NCBI GenBank assembly: GCA_049678185.1 | Contig: JBAUDS010000025.1 | Location: forward strand, 8,016-72,015 | Length of the DNA stretch: 64,000 nucleotides | Source of the DNA: Thermoanaerobaculia bacterium | GTDB taxonomy: Bacteria > Acidobacteriota > Thermoanaerobaculia > Multivoradales > JAHEKO01 | Direction: 5' to 3' | Part shown: in pieces, positions 9,805-18,755 of the stretch | How the letters are laid out: every line of letters starts with the position of its first letter | Numbering within the stretch: the first letter of the stretch is position 1 | Translations under genes and position numbers: made by a program | Notes under the pieces: generated by a model | Database searches by the model: none | Told to the model about the DNA's origin: nothing | Seen by the model: the letters and a program-made list of their open reading frames with translations, nothing else

Positions 9805-10581
9805 GTGGGGCACTCGCCAATGACGACAAACGACAGCAATCGGCAGCCAAATGGGGGTCCCGGCACCCTTGCCACTCTGCTGGCGACCCTCGCGGGCAAC
9901 TTCTACCTCCTCTTTGGGACCATCGTCTGGGCCACCGTTGCCATTCTGGTGAGCTGGATCCCACCCCGTGGGGATTGGACCTTCCACGTAGCCAGGATCT
10001 GGAGCCGCGGGTTGCTGGCGTCTAGCGGCATCCGTATCGAGGTGGAACACGAGACCCGGCTCGACCCGAGCCTGCCCTCGGTCTACATGTCCAACCATCA
10101 GAGCCTGTACGACATCCCGGCGCTGATCGTCTCTCTCCCCGGACAGACTCGGTTTCTGGCCAAACGCAGCCTGTTTCGCATCCCGATCTTTGGCTGGTCG
10201 ATCAAAGCGGGTGGCTTTATCAGTATCGACCGCGAGGACCGGAGTAAGGCGAGCGAGAGCTTCGCCGCAGCGGTCCAGCGGCTACAAGCGGGCAACTCCG
10301 CCCTGGTCTTCCCCGAGGGTACGAGGTCGGCGGACGGCTCGCTGGGACCCTTCCAGCGGGGCGGGTTCCTGCTGGCGCTCAAAGGCGGGCTGCCGATCGT
10401 CCCGGTCGGCATCCGTGGCAGCCTGGCGGTCCAGCCCAAGGGGTCGCACGTGGTCCGTCCGGGACGCATCACCCTTCGCTACGGCCGACCCATCAACGCG
10501 ACCGAGTACGGGCTCAAGGGTAAGAGGGACCTGGAGCAGGAGGTGCGTCGGGAGATAACCCGGCTCGCGGGACTGGGTTAG
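9805..10581 (+). CDS. plsC: 1-acyl-sn-glycerol-3-phosphate acyltransferase
   Basis: HX4D motif NHQSLYD and FPEGTRS motif are present. An alternative ATG start lies at 9820. Confidence 0.8.
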   Translation: MGHSPMTTNDSNRQPNGGPGTLATLLATLAGNFYLLFGTIVWATVAILVSWIPPRGDWTFHVARIWSRGLLASSGIRIEVEHETRLDPSLPSVYMSNHQSLYDIPALIVSLPGQTRFLAKRSLFRIPIFGWSIKAGGFISIDREDRSKASESFAAAVQRLQAGNSALVFPEGTRSADGSLGPFQRGGFLLALKGGLPIVPVGIRGSLAVQPKGSHVVRPGRITLRYGRPINATEYGLKGKRDLEQEVRREITRLAGLG

Positions 10582-10625
10582 ACTTCGGGCTCCCTGAGAA
10601 TTCTCGAGAGACAAGGATTGGATAT

Positions 10626-11690
10626 ATGGAAAAAAAAGTCTGGGAGCTACTGAAAGAGGTGAGATTCCCCGGTATGAGCCGGGATATCGTCTCCTTTGGC
10701 TTTGTCGACAAGGTGGAGGCGGATGGCGACAGGGTGGTCGTGGATCTGGCCATCGCCACCCACAACCGGGCGAGCGCCGACCAGGTCAGAGACGACGTGG
10801 AGGCGCTGCTCCGGGAGCGGCTGGAGAGTGCCGATGTCGAGGTCAACCTGCAGACGGTCACTCCACCCGCCGCCGCCCAGCAGGGTGTGGTCCAGGACGA
10901 GAATCTCCTGCCCGAAGTGCAGCACGTGGTGGCGGTTGCCAGCGGCAAGGGCGGGGTCGGAAAGTCGACGGTGGCGGCGAATCTGGCGGTCAAGCTGGCG
11001 CAGATGGGCTACCGGATCGGGCTCCTCGACGCCGACATCTATGGGCCCTCGGTGCCGATGATGTTTGGCATTCAAGGGAACCCTGTCGTTCAGGACAACC
11101 GCCTCCAGCCGTTCGAGCGGCACGGCATCAAGCTCATGTCGCTGGGTTTCCTGCTGGATGTGGATACACCCGTCATCTGGCGTGGGCCGATGGTGGTCAA
11201 GGCCATCGAGCAGATGCTGGGGGACGTCGACTGGGGCCCGCTCGACTATCTCATTGTCGATCTGCCTCCCGGCACCGGCGACGCACAGCTGACCATCAGC
11301 CAGAAGATCCCGATGTCGGGTGCGGTGATCGTCACCACGCCCCAGGACATCGCGCTGATCGACGCGCGCAAGGGTCTGGCCATGTTCCGCAAGGTCAACG
11401 TCCCGGTGATCGGCATCATCGAGAACATGTCGACCTTTGTCTGCCCCCATTGTGGGGAGGAGACCGCCATTTTCAAGCAGGGGGGAGGCGAGCGCACCGC
11501 CGAGATCCTGGGTTGCCCCTTCCTGGGGCGGGTGCCGCTGGATCCGGCGATCGTCGAGGGAGGGGATAGCGGCGAGCCGATCGTCGTCTCGCAGGCCGAG
11601 GGTACTCACACCGAGGCCTTCGAGCGGCTTGGCGAAGCGGTGGTCTCCGAGGTCAGCAAGAACCAGGCAAAGAAGATATCCATTTTCTAA
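10626..11690 (+). CDS. apbC: Mrp/NBP35-family iron-sulfur cluster carrier ATPase (ApbC)
   Basis: N-terminal DUF59-like domain, then VASGKGGVGKSTVAANLA and the CPHCG motif. Confidence 0.85.
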   Translation: MEKKVWELLKEVRFPGMSRDIVSFGFVDKVEADGDRVVVDLAIATHNRASADQVRDDVEALLRERLESADVEVNLQTVTPPAAAQQGVVQDENLLPEVQHVVAVASGKGGVGKSTVAANLAVKLAQMGYRIGLLDADIYGPSVPMMFGIQGNPVVQDNRLQPFERHGIKLMSLGFLLDVDTPVIWRGPMVVKAIEQMLGDVDWGPLDYLIVDLPPGTGDAQLTISQKIPMSGAVIVTTPQDIALIDARKGLAMFRKVNVPVIGIIENMSTFVCPHCGEETAIFKQGGGERTAEILGCPFLGRVPLDPAIVEGGDSGEPIVVSQAEGTHTEAFERLGEAVVSEVSKNQAKKISIF

Positions 11691-11716
11691 GCAAGCGACC
11701 GAACCGAGTCTGTCTC

Positions 11717-12400
11717 ATGTCGACCGCCGTCATCGCCGATGCCCACATCGGCGGACCGGGTGGTCCGCCGGCGCCACTGATCCGGCAGCTCGAAGAGCTC
11801 GCCGACGGACCCTGCCGGCGACTGATCCTGCTTGGGGATCTGTTTCATGTCTGGGTCGGCGATCGACGCTATGAGACCCCGGAGATCAGGGCCGTGGTCG
11901 AGACTCTCGGCTCGCTCAAGGAGAGCGGAATCCGCTTGGACTATGTGGAGGGAAATCGCGACTTCTTTATCGGTCGGGGTCCCTATGCCGACCTCTTCGA
12001 CCTGGTGGGATCGGAGGTCGATTTCTCTGCCGCCGGCAAGCGGTACCTGGCGGTGCATGGCGACGGTCTGAACGACGCCGACTACATGTACCGTTTCTGG
12101 CACTGGCTGTCCAAGAGTCCTCTGAGCCGGTTCATGATGCACAACCTGCCGGGCCCGCTGGCCCGGGCAGCGGTGCACCAGACCGAGCACCAACTGGCCA
12201 AAACCAACTTCAAGCACAAGAGACACATCCCGGAAAAGGTCATCCTCGAGTACGCCGAGCGCCGGCTTGGGACCGACTACGATGTCCTGGTCCTGGGGCA
12301 TTTTCACGAGCCGAAGACCTGGCAGGTGAGCGCCGGCGAGGTTCACCTGTTGGATGCGTGGTACCGATCGCAACGGGTCGAGTGGTACGCGGAGAGCTGA
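11717..12400 (+). CDS. lpxH: UDP-2,3-diacylglucosamine diphosphatase-like metallophosphoesterase
   Basis: Contains AVIADAHIG, LGDLFHVWVG, VEGNRDFF and GHFH, the calcineurin-like motifs arranged as in LpxH. Confidence 0.65.
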   Translation: MSTAVIADAHIGGPGGPPAPLIRQLEELADGPCRRLILLGDLFHVWVGDRRYETPEIRAVVETLGSLKESGIRLDYVEGNRDFFIGRGPYADLFDLVGSEVDFSAAGKRYLAVHGDGLNDADYMYRFWHWLSKSPLSRFMMHNLPGPLARAAVHQTEHQLAKTNFKHKRHIPEKVILEYAERRLGTDYDVLVLGHFHEPKTWQVSAGEVHLLDAWYRSQRVEWYAES

Positions 12401-12424
12401 GGGCGGGAGCCGGTGAGGTAACGA

Positions 12425-13705
12425 ATGGGTACGGGAGCGCACAGGGTTGCAAGCGGCAAGCGGGTCTCCGGCAGCCTGCGGGTACCGCCGTCGAAGAGTG
12501 TCACCCAGCGCTACCTCGCCCTCGCCCTGCTCTCCCGCCGGCCGGTCACCCTCGAGCATCCGCTGGTGGCCGACGACACCCGCCAATTCCTGGCGGCGAT
12601 GCGGGCTCTGGGTTGGCAGACCGTCGAGGAGGCCGAGCGGTTCGAGCTCACCCCCGGCGTTCTGCCAACGGAGGCCGGGATCGATTGCGGACACAACGGC
12701 ACCATGCTGCGGTTTCTGGTAGCGGCGCTGGCCACCCTGCCCGGTGAATGGCGCCTCGACGGCTCGGAGCGGCTCCGCCAACGCCCGGTCGGACCGCTGG
12801 CCGAGGCCATGGAGCAGCTCGGAGCAAGGGTGGAGTGGCTTGTTCGCGAGGGCTTTGCCCCACTCGTGGTCAAGGGCGGCAGCCTCGAGGGCGGTCACAC
12901 GCGCCTCGATGCCGGTCTCTCCAGCCAATTCCTCTCGGCTCTGCTCCTGGCGGCGACCCGTGCGCGCGCGCCGGTATTGATCGAAGTGCTGGCAATGACC
13001 TCTACCCCCTATGTCGAGCTGACGCTGGCGGCGATGGCGGATTTTGGGGCAAAGGTGGAGCGGCTGGAGGACCGGGGATTCTGCGTCACCCCGACTGAGC
13101 TCCGCGGCGGCACCGTGCCGGTCGAGGGTGATTACTCGGCGGCGGCCTATCCGGCGGCCGCGGCCCTTGTCACTGGTGGCGAAGTCGAGCTTCATGGTCT
13201 CGAGCCCGGCTCACGCCAGGGTGACCGAGGCTTTCTCGAGGTCCTCGGCCGGATGGGTGCCGAGATCGAGTGGCAGACCGAAGGCGTCCGGGTCGCGGCC
13301 GGCTCACGCCTGACGGCTGTCGACCTGGACCTCTCGTCGATGCCCGACCAGGTGCCGACGCTGGCGGCCCTGGCGCCTTTTGCTCGGGGGACCACCCGGA
13401 TTCGAAATGTCCCTCACCTCCGACTCAAGGAATCCGATCGGCTGGCGGCGATGGCGAGCGAGCTCCGCAAGCTGGGTGTCGAGGTCACCGAGATCGAGGA
13501 TGGTCTGGTCATCCCCGGTCTCTGGGCCGAGACCACTCCACCCGAAGAGCAGGTGATCGTCGACAGCCACGGCGACCACCGGATCGCCATGAGCCTGGCC
13601 CTGACCGGTCTGCGCAGGCCCGGTGTAAGCGTCGCCAACTCGGGGGTGGTGGCCAAGTCCTACCCCTCGTTCTGGAGCGATCTCGAAGGGCTGCTCGGCG
13701 CATGA
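12425..13705 (+). CDS. aroA: 3-phosphoshikimate 1-carboxyvinyltransferase (EPSP synthase)
   Basis: Contains LRVPPSKSVTQR, NGTMLRFL, LKESDR and HGDHRIAMS. Confidence 0.9.
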   Translation: MGTGAHRVASGKRVSGSLRVPPSKSVTQRYLALALLSRRPVTLEHPLVADDTRQFLAAMRALGWQTVEEAERFELTPGVLPTEAGIDCGHNGTMLRFLVAALATLPGEWRLDGSERLRQRPVGPLAEAMEQLGARVEWLVREGFAPLVVKGGSLEGGHTRLDAGLSSQFLSALLLAATRARAPVLIEVLAMTSTPYVELTLAAMADFGAKVERLEDRGFCVTPTELRGGTVPVEGDYSAAAYPAAAALVTGGEVELHGLEPGSRQGDRGFLEVLGRMGAEIEWQTEGVRVAAGSRLTAVDLDLSSMPDQVPTLAALAPFARGTTRIRNVPHLRLKESDRLAAMASELRKLGVEVTEIEDGLVIPGLWAETTPPEEQVIVDSHGDHRIAMSLALTGLRRPGVSVANSGVVAKSYPSFWSDLEGLLGA

Positions 13706-16700
13706 GGAGAGCGGCTCCGACGGTGGAGCTGCACCACCCCTCCCTCGAGCCGTCGGGGGGCAAAGCCCTGGAGTCGGCCCACCTCACCGACCGCCAGCGG
13801 ATCTCCGTTCTGCTGCAGGCCGCGGCGGTTCTCTCCCATCTCGACTTTGGGGGTTGGCGCCTACTCGGCGGTTGGGCCGGCGCGACGGTCGACGGCACGG
13901 GCCGGTTGGGCTCGATCAGGGCCGAAGCCGGTACGGACGGTCACCTGCCCCAGACCCTGATGCGGGATCTGGCGCTGGCTCTCTTCCAGGGCGAGACGAC
14001 CATCTCCGGTCGTGGACAGGCGCGCCGCGCCGCCCGTCGACTGCTGGAGGCCTGGGAGCAGACCCTGACCCCCGTCGCCGCCGACAGCATGGTGGAGCAG
14101 GTGCTCGACGCCGCACCCTTTTTGTGGGACCAGGACTGTGCCGCGGCCAGAGCCGGTCTGGTTGCCGAGCATGTCGGTCAGCAGAAGCGACAGCTCTGGG
14201 TGGCGGGGTCGGGTCGTTTTCGACGCCGGCTGCTCGCTGCGGGAGGCGACTGCTCGCAGCTCGAGACCATTCTTGCGGGAGAGCTGGCCAGGAGTTTCTG
14301 GGAGCCGGTGCGCGCGGGCGAGGATCCGATCGCCCTGGCGCGCAGAGGTCGCTGGCGAGATGCGGTGACCCGCTGGCGGCTCGATCCGCCTGCCAGCTCG
14401 GCGGAGAAGATCGAGCTGGCTCGGGCCCTCTTTGCCCTCGCCCGATTCGCCGAGGCGCGGGCAGAGCTGCGCGGTCTGCGCTCGGCCGCCGCCCGGGTGC
14501 TCCGTGCCTGGTGTCACAGCAAGCTGGGGGAGATAAAGGCCGCCGAGCGCATCGTCCGGCAGCTGGAGGAGGCGCCGGTCGAGCCCGAGGAGCTGTTGGA
14601 GGCAGCCGAGCTGGCGGTCCGCACCTACGGCAACCTGGGGGAGGCGGATCGCGCCACCCGCTGGGTCGAGCGGGTGCTCGCGAGCAGAGATCCCGAGCTG
14701 GCGCTTCGCGGTCGGTTGCTCGCCGCTGCCGCGGCCTGGGATCGCCAGGATATGGAGGCGATGGGCAAACACCTCGAAGACGCCCGACCGGCACTGGAAA
14801 TACCCCGTCTGGCCTGGCGCTGGTATCACGCCAAGGGCCTCGAAGCCCTACACCGCAACGACGGGCAAGACGTCATTGCCAATCTCGAGTGCGCCCTGGG
14901 AGAGGACCGGCGGCAGCTGCGTCCCTTCGAGGCCTCGGCGCTCTGGAACGATCTGGCCTATGGCCGGGCACTGGCCGATGATCTGGCGGGGGCCGAGAAG
15001 GCCTTTAGGCATTCTCATCGCCTGCTGGGTGATTGGCAGGGTCCGCGCACGACGACCCTGGCGCTCTTCAACCTGGCAGAAATCCGGCTGCGTCGGGGCC
15101 GTCTCGACGGGGTCCGTCCCATCCTCGAGCAGACCATTGCCGAGAACCGCCGCACCGGAAATCTGCGGGGGATGGTCCAGGATGCAGAGCTCTGGGCACG
15201 ATACGAGCTGGTCGAGGGTCGGCCCGCCGCGGCGCTCGAGTGGGTGGAGAGAGCCCAGCGTCAGCTCGATGATGCCGAGCTCGACTGGCGTCGTGATGTG
15301 CTTCACCTGCTGGCGGCGCGGGCGCTAGGCTGGCTGGAAGAGCCCGAGCGGGCCCTTACCGAGCTCGAAGGGACGACGGCCGAGACCATGGGTGAGCTCG
15401 AGCCGGAGGAGCGGCCGGCCGTGTGGGCTCTGGCCGGCGATCGCGAACGGGCCCTCCACCAGGTTGTGGACAGCCCGCTGGCTCCCTTCTGGCAGAGCCT
15501 GCTATCCAGCGGCAAGATCGCCACCCGACTCTGGCGGTCGCTGGAGGGGCTCGACGACTACCGTGCCGCCCGCCTGGTCTTCGATGTCGAATTGGTGGCC
15601 CCAGGTGTGGTGCCGCCGGTCTGGCTGCGGCGCGCTGTCGTCGGACTCCGCCGGGTGGGCGCGGCACCCATGGTCGAGCGGCTGGAGGCCCGTCTCAAGG
15701 GGCCCTGGCGGGCGCTCGAGAAGTACCTACGGGACGACCGCACCGACGACGAGAGCCTGGCAAGCCTGTTGGCCGGCGCAGGTTACCCCGAGGCCCGCTT
15801 GACCTGGAGAGACGATGCGAATGAGACGGTGGTGGTGGCGGGGAAGGGTGGGTCGAGCGAGATGTCGCTGCCCGCCGGGGGAGGGCAGCTCATCCTCGAA
15901 GCGCCGGAGCTCGATCCCACCTTGAGGACGCTGTTCGCCCTGGCGGCGAAGGACTTCCGAACGCCCGCCGGGGCCGAACGTCGTCCCGCCGCCGAGGGGA
16001 TGGGCGGCATCGTCGGTGAGAGCCCAGCGCTCAAACAGGCGCTCGCCCGGCTCGCCCGACTGGCCGCCGCCGACATCCCCATCCTGATCAAGGGTGAGAC
16101 CGGCACCGGCAAGGAGCTGGTCGCCAAACGGATCCACGCTCTGAGTCCTCGAGCCGCTGAGTCGTATGTACCCTTCGACTGCGCCAGCGTCACCGAGTCA
16201 CTCATCGGCTCGGAGCTATTCGGACACGTCCGCGGTGCGTTTACCGGTGCCGACCGGGATCGGATCGGGGTCCTGGAGCTGGCCAGGGGCGGCACGGTCT
16301 TCCTGGACGAGATTGGCGACCTGTCAAAGCAAGCGCAGGCCAGCCTCCTGCGGTTCCTACAGGAGAAAGAGATCAAGCGGGTGGGCGAAAGCCTGCCGCG
16401 CTCGGTCGACGCGCGGGTGATTGCGGCCACCCACCATGACCTGGAGAAGATGGTGACCGCCGGCGACTTCCGCCAGGATCTGCTGTTTCGTCTCCGTGTG
16501 GGAAGCGTCGAGCTGCCACCACTGCGTGACCGGAGCGGGGACATCGAGCTGCTGGCCGAGCACTTCTTGCACCGTGTGCATCTCCCGCGGCCGTTACGCT
16601 TCTCCCGGACCGCCAAGACCAAGCTTCTGGGTTACTCTTGGCCGGGCAACGTGAGAGAGCTCCAGAACATCGTGCAGGTGGCGGCGGCGCTGAGCGAAGG

Positions 16701-16920
16701 GGAGGTCATCGATCTGGAGCATCTCGACCTACCCTACGCCAGCGCACCATCGACCATGGGCTTTCACGAAAAGGTGGAGGACTATCAAAGACGTTTGATC
16801 CTCGAGGCCATGACCGCGACCGAGGGCAACCAGTCAGCGGCCGCCCGCCGACTCGGCATCAGCCGCCAGGCCCTCTCCTATCAGATACGCAAGCTGGGGA
16901 TCGTCGTCAGCGATGACTGA
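13702..16920 (+). CDS. Sigma-54-dependent transcriptional activator (bEBP) with about 770-aa unrecognised N-terminal region
   Basis: The ATG at 13702 overlaps the aroA stop (ATGA). The C-terminal AAA+ domain has GETGTGKE, the GAFTGA loop and FLDEIGDL. A Fis-type HTH (NQSAAARRLGISRQALSYQIRKL) follows. The track start at 13270 is out of frame with aroA and lies inside it. Confidence 0.8.
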   Translation: MRRAAPTVELHHPSLEPSGGKALESAHLTDRQRISVLLQAAAVLSHLDFGGWRLLGGWAGATVDGTGRLGSIRAEAGTDGHLPQTLMRDLALALFQGETTISGRGQARRAARRLLEAWEQTLTPVAADSMVEQVLDAAPFLWDQDCAAARAGLVAEHVGQQKRQLWVAGSGRFRRRLLAAGGDCSQLETILAGELARSFWEPVRAGEDPIALARRGRWRDAVTRWRLDPPASSAEKIELARALFALARFAEARAELRGLRSAAARVLRAWCHSKLGEIKAAERIVRQLEEAPVEPEELLEAAELAVRTYGNLGEADRATRWVERVLASRDPELALRGRLLAAAAAWDRQDMEAMGKHLEDARPALEIPRLAWRWYHAKGLEALHRNDGQDVIANLECALGEDRRQLRPFEASALWNDLAYGRALADDLAGAEKAFRHSHRLLGDWQGPRTTTLALFNLAEIRLRRGRLDGVRPILEQTIAENRRTGNLRGMVQDAELWARYELVEGRPAAALEWVERAQRQLDDAELDWRRDVLHLLAARALGWLEEPERALTELEGTTAETMGELEPEERPAVWALAGDRERALHQVVDSPLAPFWQSLLSSGKIATRLWRSLEGLDDYRAARLVFDVELVAPGVVPPVWLRRAVVGLRRVGAAPMVERLEARLKGPWRALEKYLRDDRTDDESLASLLAGAGYPEARLTWRDDANETVVVAGKGGSSEMSLPAGGGQLILEAPELDPTLRTLFALAAKDFRTPAGAERRPAAEGMGGIVGESPALKQALARLARLAAADIPILIKGETGTGKELVAKRIHALSPRAAESYVPFDCASVTESLIGSELFGHVRGAFTGADRDRIGVLELARGGTVFLDEIGDLSKQAQASLLRFLQEKEIKRVGESLPRSVDARVIAATHHDLEKMVTAGDFRQDLLFRLRVGSVELPPLRDRSGDIELLAEHFLHRVHLPRPLRFSRTAKTKLLGYSWPGNVRELQNIVQVAAALSEGEVIDLEHLDLPYASAPSTMGFHEKVEDYQRRLILEAMTATEGNQSAAARRLGISRQALSYQIRKLGIVVSDD

Positions 16921-17833
16921 TTATCTGATCCGGCGTCTGGCCCAGACCCTGCCGATCGCGCTGCTGGTGGCGACATTGGTCTTCTCACTGATCCACATGA
17001 TTCCCGGGGATCCGGTGGAGATGATGCTCGGCGAGGGCGCTCAGCGCTCGGACGTCGAGACTCTGCGGCACGAGCTGGGCCTCGACCGACCCCTCATCCA
17101 ACAGTACGGATCCTTTCTCGGTGGGCTGCTCAAGGGCGACCTGGGCCAATCGCTCCATTTTGGCGAGCCGGTGGGGCGCATCCTGGCCCGTCACTATCCG
17201 GCCACACTCGAGCTCGCCTTTGCCAGCATGCTGGTGGCGCTGGCCATCGCGCTGCCTTTGGGTATCCTGGCCGCCTTCCACCGCGACGGCCCCATCGATC
17301 ACGCTTCGCGGTTCTTCTCGCTCCTGGGCGTCTCCATACCCAACTTCTGGCTCGGTCCGATGTTGATCCTGGTCTTTTCGATCCAGCTGAATCTCTTTCC
17401 GGTGTCTGGTCGCTCGGGTCTTGCCAGTCTGGTGCTGCCGGCGATCACACTGGGGACAGCACTGGCGGGGCTGTTGACCCGCATGATCCGCTCGTCGCTG
17501 GCCGAGGAGCTGCACAAGCCCTATCTGGCGACGGCGCAGGCCAAGGGCTTGAGCCGTCGGCTCGCCGTTGTTCGGCACGCGCTCAAGAATGCCTCGATCC
17601 CGGTGGTAACCATCGTCGGTCTCCAGTTTGGTGCGCTTTTGACCGGCGCCATCATCACCGAGACCATCTTTGCCTGGCCGGGGTTGGGTCGTCTGATCAT
17701 CCAGTCGATCCGTCTGCGCGACTACCCACTCGTCCAGGGGGGAATCCTGGCAATCGCCCTGACCTACCTGTTGCTCAACCTGGTGACTGATGTGGTTTAC
17801 GCCTATCTCGATCCGAGGATCCGGCTGCGATGA
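16913..17833 (+). CDS. ABC transporter permease, DppB/OppB-like
   Basis: Contains YLIRRLAQTLPIALLVATLVFSLIHMIPGDP, the typical N-terminus. It overlaps the activator gene by 8 nt. Confidence 0.85.
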   Translation: MTDYLIRRLAQTLPIALLVATLVFSLIHMIPGDPVEMMLGEGAQRSDVETLRHELGLDRPLIQQYGSFLGGLLKGDLGQSLHFGEPVGRILARHYPATLELAFASMLVALAIALPLGILAAFHRDGPIDHASRFFSLLGVSIPNFWLGPMLILVFSIQLNLFPVSGRSGLASLVLPAITLGTALAGLLTRMIRSSLAEELHKPYLATAQAKGLSRRLAVVRHALKNASIPVVTIVGLQFGALLTGAIITETIFAWPGLGRLIIQSIRLRDYPLVQGGILAIALTYLLLNLVTDVVYAYLDPRIRLR

Positions 17834-17842
17834 GATCTCCAA

Positions 17843-18697
17843 ATGGCTGAAGTCAACGGTACGCCGGGGAGTGGCCGCGCTACTTTGTGGGTGGGCGCCG
17901 CGCTCGTCGTCGTCGTTCTGCTGATCGCTCTTTTCGGACCGCTCCTGACCCCCTACGACCCCACGACCCTGCGGCTGGAGCAACGCTTGGAGACGCCCTC
18001 GCTCGCTCACCCGCTGGGTCTCGACGAGCTGGGCCGCGACATCCTCTCGCGTCTGGTCTACGGCGCCCGCATCTCGGTCGGGGTGGGCCTCTCGGTAGTG
18101 ATTCTCGCGGGGCTCATGGGGACACTCCTCGGTGCCATCTCCGGCTATGCCGGCGGCAGGGTCGACACCATCTTGATGCGGCTGACCGATGTCTTTCTCG
18201 CCTTCCCGGGGATTCTGCTGGCCATCGCCCTGGTGGCCGTGCTGGGACCTGCACTGCGACACGTCGTCCTCGCCCTGGTCACCATCGGCTGGGTCGGCTA
18301 TGCGCGTCTGGTCCGCGGACAGGTGTTGCAGATCAAGGAGCAGGAGTTTGTGACGGCGGCGCGAGCTGCAGGTGTCAAAGCTCCGCGCATCGTCCTGCGG
18401 CACATCCTGCCAAACGTTCTGCCGACACTGCTCGTCTCGGCCAGCCTGGGAATGGCCGGCGCCATCCTCGCCGAAGCCAGCCTCTCTTTTCTCGGTCTCG
18501 GCATCCAACCACCGACGCCGTCGTGGGGAGCGATGATCAATGCCGGCCGCAGCCATCTGCTCGACGCGCCCCACCTGGCACTCTTTCCCGGCATCGCCAT
18601 CCTGCTCACCGTCATGGGACTCAACTTTCTGGGAGACGGTCTGGTGGATCTGATCAATCCCCGCCGCCGTCCTTCGGGTGAAGCGAGCGACGAGTAA
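17843..18697 (+). CDS. ABC transporter permease, DppC/OppC-like
   Basis: Contains HPLGLDELGRDILSRLVYGARISV, the typical OppC motif, and is multi-pass. Confidence 0.85.
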   Translation: MAEVNGTPGSGRATLWVGAALVVVVLLIALFGPLLTPYDPTTLRLEQRLETPSLAHPLGLDELGRDILSRLVYGARISVGVGLSVVILAGLMGTLLGAISGYAGGRVDTILMRLTDVFLAFPGILLAIALVAVLGPALRHVVLALVTIGWVGYARLVRGQVLQIKEQEFVTAARAAGVKAPRIVLRHILPNVLPTLLVSASLGMAGAILAEASLSFLGLGIQPPTPSWGAMINAGRSHLLDAPHLALFPGIAILLTVMGLNFLGDGLVDLINPRRRPSGEASDE

Positions 18698-18719
18698 CTT
18701 TAGAAATAATTGTGAAAAG

Positions 18720-18748
18720 TTGACATTACGCCAGGATGTTTTGATAAT
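18720..18748 (+). promoter_or_regulatory. Near-consensus sigma-70 promoter TTGACA-17 nt-GATAAT
   Basis: TTGACA lies at 18720-18725 and GATAAT at 18743-18748 with exactly 17-nt spacing, in a locally AT-rich stretch. The ATG at 18756 lies 7 nt after the -10 box with no Shine-Dalgarno sequence. Confidence 0.5.
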
Positions 18749-18755
18749 TCGTTAC

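Noticed and set aside
10596-10609. Overlapping palindromes GAGAATTCTC and TCTCGAGA in the plsC-mrp spacer.
   Set aside because: They have no loop for an RNA hairpin, no T-tract and no second copy elsewhere in the window. They are probably fortuitous restriction-site-like palindromes.
11687-13195. 502-aa minus-strand ORF antisense to lpxH and aroA. Similar long antisense or off-frame ORFs occur at 401-1243, 10647-11609, 16985-18574, 19574-21010, 21434-23131, 23144-24538, 35646-36797, 37855-38850, 37970-39292, 43585-44610, 46481-47551, 48006-49091 and 51432-52748.
   Set aside because: Each lies opposite to, or out of frame with, a gene whose product carries unmistakable conserved motifs. Their translations are Arg/Pro/Gly-rich with no recognisable motifs. 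This is the expected shadow-ORF behaviour of high-GC DNA.
13270-13701. N-terminal 144 codons of the 1216-aa track ORF, upstream of the sigma-54 activator.
   Set aside because: The stretch lies inside aroA in another frame and its composition is R/P/G-rich. The ATG at 13702 overlaps the aroA stop (ATGA) and gives a sensible start.
18678-18755. GTG start at 18678 for the dual-HTH protein, as given in the track.
   Set aside because: It would place the TTGACA-17-GATAAT promoter inside the coding sequence and overlap the dppC-like gene. The extra residues (KRATSNFRNNCEKLTLRQDVLIIRY) look like translated AT-rich non-coding DNA. The ATG at 18756 is preferred but not proven.
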